A stretch of DNA of 64,000 nucleotides from Octopus sinensis. Lineage: Eukaryota. The notes below the pieces were generated by a model. It did no database searches. It was not told where the DNA came from and saw nothing but the letters and a program-made list of their open reading frames with translations. The DNA lies in the NCBI RefSeq assembly GCF_006345805.1, contig NC_043009.1, positions 42,036,001 to 42,100,000 of the forward strand, written 5' to 3'. The translations under genes and the position numbers were made by a program. Positions 42,691-54,814 of this stretch are shown here, in pieces (position 1 is the stretch's first letter; the number at the start of each line of letters is the position of its first letter).

Positions 42691-43254
42691 CATACCGTAT
42701 TGCACCACTTGATATACTTACCCTCGAGAATGCCAGTCCTCGAAAAGATGTCGGCGAAATGCTACCGAAACACTGCGCTCATCTGTTTGGAATCGGAGTG
42801 CACATGACCAGTGCGGTCCATCACAGAGCGAGTCCTAGATTTGGTTTCATTGCTGTGCCTCCGCTACCCGGAGGTCCAACCAACGGTTTTTTGAGCCTTT
42901 GTGTTTCATGGCACACACACTAGCTCGGACAATCCAGCCTTCATATTTTGCATCAAAGAAATAGTTGAGTACCCCTCCTGTCGCTAGCACGTCATTTGCA
43001 ATCCCACTTTTACGTGCCTCTTCTGAATTACTAACTAGTTTATTTTCTATTCTGTTTTCTAAAGCAATCACTTTCCTAAAACTAACTGACACCTCTCTGA
43101 TTTACCTGTTTAAAGAAACCCCACCACCTGTTTTTGATGATGGCGCCCTTCAATTTCTATTTAAGTAGATTACTAATCTGGTCCCTGAAATCTTTCCGCG
43201 CTGGAAAGGACGCGTTCATCCTCCAGTAACCAGGTCCTAGTTTGATTGTTTTTC

Positions 43255-43945
43255 CTAAGTTGGCTATAAAGGTCCTGAATTTGTAATCTGAAAAATCCAA
43301 CGACCTAAAAATGTGGACAACTTATACAACGCCTATCTACTAGCCTAATAAAAACCCTAAGTATGACCTGGATGACTCACTGCAATTTGACCAAATCCGT
43401 ATAGGTGTATTTGGTTGATCGAGCCGAAATCTGTCATACAGCTGGAAATGCCTGAGGAGGTTAGCGAAGCTCTTGCACCTAGCTCTTCTATCCGCTCCTC
43501 CTACATAATCTTTGCTTGTGTCTAAGATCTCATTCTAGTCCCCCACAAACACTAATGAGTGAGATGTCCCTAGGAAAGTCTCTAGACGTCTAAAGAAAAT
43601 GGCCGTCCAGATCCTGTTGGAGCATAGACTTCCACCAGTCTGAAAGCTCCCCCGTTGCCTTCTTTTTTCTGCTTATGTCCAAGACCACCATCATATCGAC
43701 CGGGTCGAGGAAAATCATATTTGCCTTCAAGTCAAAGCCTTTCCAAAAAAGCACCGCGACGCCATTTGATCCAGGCCGACCAGAAGAGGTATAAACCACA
43801 TAGTCGTCCAGGAGAAGAGAAATCAATTGCATTTCTGAAATCCTAGTTTCACTAATGGTTACTGCATCCAGACATAGGGACCTGAGGTCGTCGAGCAGGT
43901 AACCCTATTCAGCACTGACCTCAGGCCACGAGCATTTTTTACAAC
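43255..43945 (-). pseudogene. Tx1/L1-like LINE ORF2 AP-endonuclease relic
   Basis: NARGLRS, DAVTISETR, NGVAVLF, VEVYAPT, VGD*NEILD, DRFRLDQP and FSDYK correspond to APE motifs. Confidence 0.85.
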
Positions 43946-43999
43946 CTATTCATAGAATTGCAATTCAAGGAGGATAGAAAGGAACAAGGGAAGAGTCAA

Positions 44000-44293
44000 T
44001 CACTTATCCTTGGTTTGCGTTGATCCTTTTACGGGGCATTTAAACGGGCCTTCCAATATCCTTTTATCCAATAGGTTTTTGAAAACCACCACATCATATG
44101 GGAAACGTTTCCTTCGAAAACGATACATAGTAGAGGTCGTTCTAACCAGAACCCTCTCTTCTGTGGTTTTGGCATTGGTGAGAGCATCAATATCCTCACC
44201 CTTTGTCAAAATTTTATCTTTGTTTGTGTCTGCAAATTGCATCAATTTTCTGTTGTCCTTCCGTAGAACTGTGTAATTCAGAAGCTCGTCCAA
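44000..44293 (-). pseudogene. Possible ORF1 fragment of the same LINE
   Basis: 97 aa non-repetitive ORF directly upstream of the APE relic on the same strand. No motif recognised. Confidence 0.35.
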
Positions 44294-44325
44294 GAGATGT
44301 TGTTCAGCGACATCCGTCTCTTGTG

Positions 44326-44385
<60 letters not shown>

Positions 44386-44469
44386 TTCATTTGCCACAAC
44401 GGTGAAGTAGGAGGGAGACAATACAAAGACAAGTATAAAGTGTAAGGAAATGATAAAAAAAAATAATAA

Positions 44470-44695
44470 TCTACTCTAGGCACAGCGTCGGAAATTTTGG
44501 AGAAGGTGGCTAATCGATTAGATCGATCCCAGTACGCAACTGGTACTTAATTCATCGACCCCGAAAGGATGAAAGGTATAGTCAACGTCGGCGGAATTTC
44601 AACTCAGAACGTAGCGACGGGCGAAATACCGCTGTGCATTTCGCCCAACGTGATAACGATTCTGTCAGTTCGCCGCCTTAATAATAATAATAATG

Positions 44696-44779
<84 letters not shown>

Positions 44780-45050
44780 ATAATAATAATAATAATAACA
44801 ACAATAATAATAATGATGATGATGATTTCAAATCTTAGCACATGGTCGGCAACTTCGGGTGAGGGGTAAGACGATTACATCGACCCAAATTGTTCAACTA
44901 GTATTTATTTTTATCGATCTCGAAAGGATGAAAGGCAAAGCCAACCTCGACGGAATTTGAACTCCGAGCTTCGAACGTAAGAAGCCGGAAGCAATGCCTC
45001 CCAAGATTTTTTTGGTCCGACGCGCTAACGATTCTGCTATCTCACTCGCT
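44470..45050 (-). mobile_element. Two SINE family A monomers separated by (AAT)n
   Basis: Copies at ~44475-44680 and ~44835-45050. Confidence 0.8.
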
Positions 45051-45051
45051 T

Positions 45052-45121
<70 letters not shown>

Positions 45122-45137
45122 CTATTATAATAATAAC

Positions 45138-45221
<84 letters not shown>

Positions 45222-45272
45222 TAATAATAATAATAAATAATAATAATAATAATAACAATAATAATAATAATA

Positions 45273-45314
<42 letters not shown>

Positions 45315-45341
45315 TAATAATGATAATAATATAATAATAAT

Positions 45342-45378
<37 letters not shown>

Positions 45379-45441
45379 TAATAATAATAATGACTATTAT
45401 AATAATAACAATATAATAATAATAATATAATAATAATAATA

Positions 45442-45472
<31 letters not shown>

Positions 45473-45484
45473 TTAATAATAATG

Positions 45485-45524
<40 letters not shown>

Positions 45525-45656
45525 TAATAATAATAATAACAATAATATAATAATAATAATAATAATATTAATAATAATGATAATAATAATAATAATAATA
45601 ATATAATAATAATAATAACAATAATAATAATAATAACAATAATAATAATAATAATA

Positions 45657-45694
<38 letters not shown>

Positions 45695-45705
45695 AACAAT
45701 AAGAA
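45050..45705. repeat. ~650 bp imperfect (AAT)n array
   Basis: Read directly from the sequence. Confidence 0.97.
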
Positions 45706-46789
45706 TAATAGCCATGATAACTATATCGCTGAACAATAGCAATAATAATAGTGGCAAAGATTATGATGATTCTTCCGAACTTAGTGTACAATAGGGTAGC
45801 GCTATAAAAATCGGTCAATGCGAAAAGCTTCTCACCAAATTGGAAAAGAAATGAATAAAAACTCCATTGTAAACCCCCAATGTTGCAATAAATGTAGACT
45901 GCAACAAAAGAAGACAAAAACATTCCACTGTTGTTATACGTACATTCCAGAATCCCAGCTCTCTTTCTCTTTCTTCTTTTCTTCTTTCTTTCTCTCTCTC
46001 ATTCTCTCTCACTCTCACTCTCTCTGTCTTTCGATGATTTTTTTGGGTCTTGTTTTTGCTCCCTCTACTTTCAGCTAAAGCACTCGTTCTCCTTTCCCTT
46101 TCTCTGTCTTTGTCTGTCTGTCTGTTTCTCTCCCTCTTTCTCTATGTGTGTGCGCGATTGCATGAATGCGTTTATTTATCATGTATGTGTGAATGTATGC
46201 GGGTATCTGTGCGTGTCAGATATGTTGTGTCACTCAGACGTTACTTCATTCATTCCTTCACATAATCTTACTCGCTCTCTTCCCTTTCTAACACTCCCAT
46301 ATACATATGTGCATATACATACATACACATGCACACACTCATACACACATATTTATGTGCGTGAATCGCTACTAGGAGTTTCACGCTTCCGTTTCTCAGG
46401 CGACTGATTATTTTTGAATACACATCGATGTCTACAATTCTGAATCGCCTGACAACTGACCCGACTTTTCTGTGTGTATGACGCGGGATCTCATCGATGC
46501 GTGTCACATTTTTGCATTACCTATTAGTGTTAATGATTTTATCGATGCTAAGCATATCAAATTATATTCCTTATATGTCTGCAAAGTATTTCATTGTTCG
46601 AGCTGACTTCAATATTTCGATATATCATATTTCTGTATGCCTTTTGATTTTGATACTAATTCATATCCCATGTAGTGTCATCCTATATTTTCTTCATACA
46701 ATTTTATCTAAGATGAGAGAGCGAAAAATACAATTTTTTTAACCAAAACTTCATCCCCAAGTTTGCTAACCTTGTACCAAAATTTTAAG

Positions 46790-46815
46790 CTATTATTATT
46801 ATTATTATTATTATT

Positions 46816-46848
<33 letters not shown>

Positions 46849-47507
46849 GATGTTGTCGTTGCTGTTGCTGTTGTTGCTGTCATCATTATTATTAAGGCCG
46901 TGAGATAGCAGAACCATTAGCACGCCAGGTAAAATGCTTCGGGACATTTCGTCCGTCTTCACGTTCTGAGTTCAAATTGCCCCGAGGACGATTTTGCCTT
47001 TCATCCTTTCGGGGTCGATAAAATAAGTACCAGTTGAATACTGGGGTTGATGTAATCGACTCATCCCCTTCCCCAAAACTGCTGTCCTTTTGGCAAAATT
47101 TGAAACCATTATTATTATATATTATTATTATTGTTGTTGTTGTTGTGTTGTTGTTGTTGTTGTTGTTGTTGATGTTGTCGTTGCTGTTGCTGTTGTTGCT
47201 GTCATCATTATTATTAAGGCCGTGAGATAGCAGAACCATTAGCACGCCAGGTAAAATGCTTCGGGACATTTCGTCCGTCTTCACGTTCTGAGTTCAAATT
47301 GCCCCGAGGACGATTTTGCCTTTCATCCTTTCGGGGTCGATAAAATAAGTACCAGTTGAATACTGGGGTTGATGTAATCGACTCATCCCCTTCCCCAAAA
47401 CTGCTGTCCTTTTGGCAAAATTTGAAACCATTATTATTATTATTATTATTATTATTGTTGTTGTTGTTGTTGTTGTTGTTGTTATTGTTTGTTGATGTTG
47501 TTGTTGA

Positions 47508-47546
<39 letters not shown>

Positions 47547-47548
47547 CA
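46790..47548 (+). repeat. 322 bp tandem duplication of a SINE A monomer and its microsatellite flank
   Basis: Identical SINE copies start at 46894 and 47216. Confidence 0.92.
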
Positions 47549-47794
47549 TTACGTTTGCAGCGTAACACATCGGACGTGTTTTCGAACGCTCCAAGTAAGT
47601 TCAGTTCAAAATATTTATTTACACCAGGATTGGTGGCCCTTGTCAATAATTATTGGATTCCAAGTTGTGAATAGAAACACCAGAAACCTATTGCTGTTTT
47701 TTTTTATGGCTGTGTAGCCCCCAGAAGGGCGATTTTCAGCTCACCAAATAACTTCGGTGGGCGTTAAATTTATTTGAATTAAATACAACTTAAC

Positions 47795-49030
47795 AAGATG
47801 GTGGAGCGCGTCTTGAAAGCGTTGAGAAAAAACAAAGCAAACCCGCCCACGAAAATGGTAATGGATGAAGACTTCCTTCCCCTTCCTCCATCACGGTCAA
47901 AAATACACGGGAAGGGTAGGAGGGGAAAAACAAGACTGTCATGGTACATGCTACAACAATAGTAGCAGAAACACTAACAGCGGTAGAAAGGACAACAGCA
48001 GTAGCCGCAATAGTGACAGCAGCCGCAGCAGTAGTAGTTGTGATAGCAACAACAAACACGAAAAAGACTGCAACGGCAGTGGAATTAGCAACAACAGCAA
48101 CAACAACAACAGCGAGAGCAAAAGTGACAACAGCAACAACAACAAAGCCAACACCAACAACCTCGATAAGAACAATGACAACAACAACGGCAGGAGCAGC
48201 AGCAACAGTAACTACAACAAAACAACCACGAGAACAATAACAATAACAATAGTTTCGCAGCAGCAGCGAAGACCAAACTGCAGACCTCATAAACAAGGAA
48301 CAGGTACCACCACAGGCATCGAAATAAAACAAGAGAAGAATTGAGCAAATCTGACACTTCCATCAAAGACAATTGAAGCAGTGGAATGGTTCTTTTCAGA
48401 TGCATCTCAGCAGTCACGAAAAGTGCGGTTTTGATAGCCCAAGTAGATATGGAAGCAGCACTGAAGTGCATCAGAAATGACATTGAATACATAGCGAGGG
48501 GAAAGCAATACGGTATCATATCGGTGGTGTTTAAATCAGAATTCCCCGCTATGAAACATTCAATGACGCCCTGCAAAAGTCATCATGTACCCCTTCCCAC
48601 ATGGCGAAACGTACAGCCCGTGTCTGCATTTCTAAAATCCCCGCAGGACTAGATATTTTTGTGGCTTCTGGGATACGTAATCGTGAAGGGGATGGATACT
48701 GTCCCTACAAAGGCGACAAGAACTGCCAGAGAGGATTGGTCAGGGTTTGGCCAGTAGATACTTCTCCAGATCAACCCCGAAGGCGTTAAAAAATCCCAGA
48801 CCACATCTATCTCCAGGACGGGACAGTGATACATATCATGACTGAGGGCAAAAGGCCTAATTGTCTTAGGTGTAGAGAAATGACAAATTTGGCTGCTCGC
48901 TACCGCCTATGGCCTCAACTACTGGTTCGAGATAAACTCTATAGGCACGGAAGTGCTATCAGACGGACCTGCCCGAGATGTGCGCAGAGCGACAAAACCG
49001 TTCTGCACGCACTCGTCCTGTGTCCTTGCA
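47795..49030 (+). pseudogene. Heavily deleted Tx1/L1-like LINE (putative ORF1 pieces and C-terminal zf-RVT)
   Basis: LLVRDKLYRHGSAIRRTCPRCAQSDKTVLHALVLCP is zf-RVT-like (48915-49025). Assignment of the upstream pieces to ORF1 is tentative. Confidence 0.65.
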
Positions 49031-50744
49031 TTATTGACTTTCCCTCGCCCGAAATTGCTGGCCTTGTGTCAAAATTTGAAAGCATTATAATTGTGCGGGT
49101 GATAATGATGCTGACATTATACACACACACAACTATTTTCATGACTTTCGTGTTGTATGGTTATATTAGAAGGGGGATTGTATCAAATGAAATGAAATCA
49201 ATGTAAAGCCTTTTGATTAATATACCATTAGTAATTAAAAATATGTTCTAATTAAAACATTTTTGTAAATGTAAATTTCAAAGGAAATGAGATACTATAT
49301 TAATTTGCAAGGAATAAGCAAACATTTCCTAACATACATATTTCTACACATTCGTATATATTGTATACATAACGTGTATAAAGTATATACACGCTCGCAT
49401 TCATATATCAAATGCTTTAAATGTTTATATACACTCGCAATTGTTGAGCAATCACCAGGGGCGCATGTTTTAAAATAATCCTGAAAAAGTCAAATATATA
49501 TGATTTTTAATTTTTAATTATTTTTTTAATCATTTCTGAATATGTTAAGTTATCAAACTAATTTTCAGCTGAAACTAGAAGTTATTTGCTGAAATTAATT
49601 ATGGAATAATTAGTAATTTGAATAATTAGAAACTTTCTCGTAATAAAAACATATATTATAAGCTTCTTTCCTTTGGATTCCTAGTACAATTTTAAGTACA
49701 TTGAAGCACATAAAAACACACACACACTCATAAAACACACTCACACACACACAAACTGACGCACTTATATACATATACACGCGCGCGGACATACATACGA
49801 ACATACACTGATCCATAAATTAACACCAAGTTTCAGCCTAGGGCGATGCATTGGCAGAATCGTTAGAGCATCGTAAAGGACACATTAGAGTAATTGTTTC
49901 GGCTTGTGCTCTGAGTTCAAGTCCCATTGAACTTTTCCCCTCGTTCCCAGTGATTGATTTCTTCGCTTTCCCCCGAGCAGCTGGATTATTTGTCGCAATT
50001 TTTAAACTTTCCTCGTGTTTCCACTTAGAAGGTCTTTGTAAGAATTATTTTCGTTTCAGCGCTTGGTTAACTTAAACACCCGTAATTTATGTTCTATTTT
50101 GTAAAATTATATGCTTTGAAATGAAATATCCTTCCCTCTCAACTATTTAGCGGCATTTCGTCCGTGTTTACGGTCTGATTTCAAATTCCACCCTGTCCTA
50201 TTTTGGCTATAGAATTAAGACATCACTTGGTATAATTCCACATCTTTGCGCTTAGATGACTGTAATGTCATCACGTTGCCATCACGTCGAGGACAAGAGA
50301 CCTCTATTGTTGAGTATGGCCTCAAAGCTGATCAGCCAAAGTGTTACAAAGTCATGAACTGCGTCGGCCTTCACGTAGACTATAGCAAAGGTTTGCTGGC
50401 ACTCGGGCCAGTTCCCTCGCTATCATAAGTTTTGGAGGCTCTGCAAAAGGTCTTGAACACTTACACTTTCCTGTTGACTAAGAGACAAAAAAAGAAATCC
50501 TTTGTCGAAATGCATGCTTAGAAAACCTTCCATAGTCACCTGTCTGTTTATTCAAGAAGGAAAGTTTGTGTACAACCATCTTCACAGAGCCCCTAAGACT
50601 AATGAGAAGAAAGGAAGGAGGGAGAGAGAAAGAGAGAGGGAGGATACTGTTCTCAAACTGAAAAGTAATATCAAATAAGGACATGTGTAAATTAATGTAG
50701 GTGAAAGCCTTATTGAGGAATCATTAAAAAGTAATTAAAAATTG

Positions 50745-50952
50745 TACGAGGGGTTGCTGAAAAGTTCCTGGTTTTAAGGGGTATTGCGAAAGGCCTGGAT
50801 GGAGGTCCAACTTTCGGAGTTATTTTACATGGCTTAGTAAAACGGAAGCATGTGACTCTGAGAGGGGAATACGTTGAAAAAAATTATAATTAACTGATCC
50901 TCTTGTATTTCCTTTTATCTAAAGCCAGGAACTTTTCAACACCCACCTTGTA
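50745..50952. mobile_element. Mariner-derived MITE (same family as 36088)
   Basis: TA flanks and TIRs TACGAGGGGTTGCTGAAAAGTTCCTGG / CCAGGAACTTTTCAACACCCACCTTGTA. Confidence 0.85.
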
Positions 50953-51817
50953 TATATTTTATTTTTTTCAGAGTTATTTTAAAACATTCACCCATGGTGG
51001 TTGCTCAACAATGCGTGTGTGTATAAATATTTGAAGAATTTGATATGCGAATACGAACGTATATAAATATTATGTGTGTTATGAGTACAAGATTTTTTTA
51101 GCATGAGCAAATAGGAAAGGGTTGCCTATTTCGAATATACGAATAAGAAGAGAATAGGTAAAAATAAAGTTTAAAAAAGAGAAGTGGATATAAGTGTATA
51201 TATAAAATATGAAATTAAAAAGAAATAGTGGAGAGGGAAGGATTTTTCATTTCAAAGCATCTAATTTTAGAAAATAGAGCATAAATTACGGGTGTGTAAG
51301 TTAACCAAGCACTGAAAGGGAAATAATTCTCATAAAAACTTTCCAAGTGGAAACTCGAGGAAAGGTAAAAAATGGCGACAAATAGTCGGACTGCCTTGGG
51401 GAAACCGAAAAAATTAAACGCTGGGGGCGAGGAGAAAACGTTTAACGGGATTTTGAATTAGAATGTAAATAAAAGATCCAAATTTAGATATTCCTGCTCA
51501 ATTAGTAATTTGTATCTTCCTATAGAACGTAGCTTGAAACAAGTTTACGTAATTCAAACCATGTTTTTAGAGCATTGCATATCGCAAGATATTATGTTAT
51601 AGAATCAGTTCGGATTAAGATATTTGATAATGCAAACGCACATATGACGAACTTGTCAATAATAACTCAGTGGACTCTTGAGTCAGTGTATATGTTAGTA
51701 ATATCGTATCCTGAAATTGTTTACAGTCAAGAGAATTATTCGTTTGTACCTTGCAAAGCAGTGCTCTTGAAAGACAATTTACCGTCTCACGGACATTGTT
51801 CAGAGCAATACACTGTC

Positions 51818-51925
51818 ATGCGCGCGCGCGTGAGTGAGGCTGAAAACGGCAGTGTCTCGCGACGCGTGTTTCGCGCTGCTCTGAGGCGAGTTTCAGTAGC
51901 TTGACACTCGAGTCGCGAGACAAAT
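51818..51925. promoter_or_regulatory. CpG-dense island with an 11 bp inverted repeat
   Basis: (CG)n run, TGTCTCGCGAC at 51853-51863 and GTCGCGAGACA at 51912-51922. Function is inferred. Confidence 0.35.
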
Positions 51926-52029
51926 TCTCAGTTTTACTTTCAATAAAAATAACTATACTTACTACAGTCAGTAATATTGGTTTCAAAATTTTTAACAATG
52001 CCAAGAATTTCGGGGGAGAGTGAAAGTCG

Positions 52030-52172
52030 TTCAACTGGTATTTGTTTTATCGACCCAGAAAGAACGAAAGTCAAGGTGGACCTCGCAAGAATTTGAACTC
52101 AGAACGTAAAGAACAAAATGCCTCTAAGCACTTTGCCTGACTTGCTAACGATTCTGCCAGCTCGCTGCCTTT
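52030..52172 (-). mobile_element. SINE family A 5' half
   Basis: Reverse complement of the family A head and core. Confidence 0.8.
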
Positions 52173-52301
52173 CTACAAATAGTAATATTGAACATTCCTC
52201 TTTCATTTGACCGACATAAACCAATGTATTTTTATACATACATACATACATACATACATACATACTTACACACACACACACAGACACACACACACACACA
52301 C

Positions 52302-52350
<49 letters not shown>

Positions 52351-52502
52351 TACATACACAAATACATATGCACACACACACACACATATATTGCATCTGA
52401 ATCTTCAGATTTTTCAATATGCAAGGTCACTGGTTTTAAATTGATATTAATCAAATTAATATTCAATTTTTCACCTTTATTATTTAACTTTATAATATAT
52501 AT

Positions 52503-52557
<55 letters not shown>

Positions 52558-52979
52558 GGATAGATAGATAGATAGATAGATATACCGATTTTACAGCATG
52601 TATGTTTCATTTTATACACAGAATCACACACACATACTCACGTACGCACGCACAAAACACGAAAATAGAATCACCTGTTGTAGATGCTCAATCCTAAAGC
52701 CCAAAACTCATGCCTGCGCATACTCATGTATATACATAAAGGCATGCATGTATGGCTGTATGTAAATGCAGCTACATGTATAAGTAGGTGTTGTGATGTT
52801 TTGCTGTTGCACGACTTTGATAATTTGTCGTCGAATCGGGTTCGGCTTTTGCAGTTTAAAAAAAAAAATCCCTATGAGGCCGAAACTTTATTTTCCTTTC
52901 AATTATTGCCACTACACTGGTATCGGTGTTAAAGCTTTCAGAAGCAGTAACGACAGAGAAAGAGTTTTGTTCTTTGAAA

Positions 52980-53200
52980 GACAATAATAAGCGAACAACT
53001 GTGTGGTTACAGGTCAAACGAGTATTGTCGGTTTCCTCGATAGCAAGACAATGGGCTTTTTATGAAAACAAGCCTCACGTTTCAGCGAGACAATGTTGCT
53101 GACATTTGAAGCAAGGAGAAAGACGTTATTCTATCATCGTCCTATCTGAAGCGACAATAACAGCCAGGAATAGACAATGCTTCAGGCGAAATTAAATGTC
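52980..53200. promoter_or_regulatory. Candidate enhancer: six GACAAT (SOX/HMG-type) sites
   Basis: Sites at 52980, 53024 (reverse), 53047, 53089, 53153 and 53173 in non-repetitive context. Confidence 0.45.
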
Positions 53201-53729
53201 AGCTTATTGAAAGTGATGGTATTTGATGGGAGAAGAAAGAAAAGAGAAAGGAATGAAGGAAGAATGAAAACAGAGGCTTAAAAAAAAAAAGAAGGGAAAA
53301 ATGGTAAAAGAACAAGAACAAGAACAAGAAGAATAGAAATGGCGTTGAAAAGTTGCTTGTAAAATAAAGTAGTAGCTGAAAACAGAGCCGATCAGGACTT
53401 GCGTTAGAATGTTTATTATATCCGTTAGTTTTAATACTACACTGGACGAAATAAATATGGTGTAGCTAATTTATCTATATCGACGTAATTCTCCATTCCT
53501 CTTCACTCTCTATTCCTCCATCTCTCCTCCTCCATCTCTCTTCATCTGTCTCCCGCTTCTTGTGCGAGTGTGTAGCTATGCTCATATGCTTTCTATTGTA
53601 CGCTTTCTTGTGAAGTATCTACTCTTTGTCACTAGAGAATGCAGACAAAATTGGCTCTCAATCGAAGGGCTGTCTGACATCAGATACAACAGGGCATTGG
53701 CCCCAGAATTAATGGTTACATACCTACAG

Positions 53730-54128
53730 AGGTGCAGGCGTGGTTGTGTGGTAAGAAGCTTGGTTCCCAACGACATGGTTTGGTTTCAATCCCACTAAGT
53801 GGCATCTTGGGCAAGTGTCTTCGACTATTAGCTCGGGCTGACATGTGCGTTGTGAGTAGATTTGGTAGACAGAAACTGAAAAAAAATCTGTCGTATATAT
53901 GCATATATGTATATATTTTGTGTGTGTGTGTGTGTGTGTGTGTTTCTTCCCGCATCACCATTTGTCAACCGGTGTGGTTGCGTTTCCGTCCTCGTTTGAG
54001 ACCGTTAGAATAAGTACTAGGCTGGAGAAATAAGTCCTGGGGTCGATTTGTTCGATTAAAACCCTTCAAAGCGGTGCTCCAGCATGGCCGCAGTCAATTG
54101 ACTGAAACAAAACAATAAGAAAATAAAT
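53730..54128 (+). mobile_element. Full-length SINE family C (CORE-like)
   Basis: tRNA-like head, GGCATCTTGGGCAAGTGTCTT, internal (TG)n, and tail GGCCGCAGTCAATTGACTGAAAC. Confidence 0.88.
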
Positions 54129-54434
54129 GAATATGTGTGTGAGTGTGTGTGTGTGTGTGTGTGGCGTGTGTGTTTGTGTGTGTGTGTGTACACACACAAA
54201 ACTGCTCATTCACTCTCACTAACTAAAGGCTGAATAACATCTAGGAACCGCAACAATAAATAGCAGGAAACCACGTCCTTTATCTCTTAAAATCTCGAAG
54301 ATCTTGTGAAGGTCGTGACCATTGCCTGTATCCTTTTGTCTAGATTATAACAACAGCAGCAACAACAAAAAAAAACGACTGTTCTACTTCAATATCCCAT
54401 AGCTCACTGTAGAGTTACTCTTTCATAGACAAAC

Positions 54435-54533
54435 CTTTGCTATAGTCTACGTGAAGGCCGACGCAGTTCATGACCTTGTAACACGTTGTCTGATCAGCTT
54501 TGAGGCCATACTCAACAATAGAGGTCTCTTGTC
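54435..54533 (-). CDS. Candidate 99 nt phase 1-1 exon (GQETSIVEYGLKADQTTCYKVMNCVGLHVDYSKG)
   Basis: TAG| acceptor, AAAG|GTTTGT donor, one open frame. An inverted copy lies at 50292-50390. It could instead be an unrecognised repeat. Confidence 0.3.
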
Positions 54534-54814
54534 CTAGACGTGATGGCAACGTGATGACCAATTAAAGGTTATTCATGTCCTGATTAAATATCAATAAATG
54601 CAGCAGCGGAATTGTTCTATTATTCTTGGTGTTGTCTGCATGAACACAAAATTTGCGAAATAACAATAGCACTCAAAATATGCAGATCTTCAATCAATAG
54701 GCAGGCTCTGCTATTGGCATAATCACCTAATAATGTATGTAGTGCATATATAGCTATATATGTATATGTGAGTGTGTGTTTGTATGTATATATATATATA
54801 TGTGTGTATGTATG

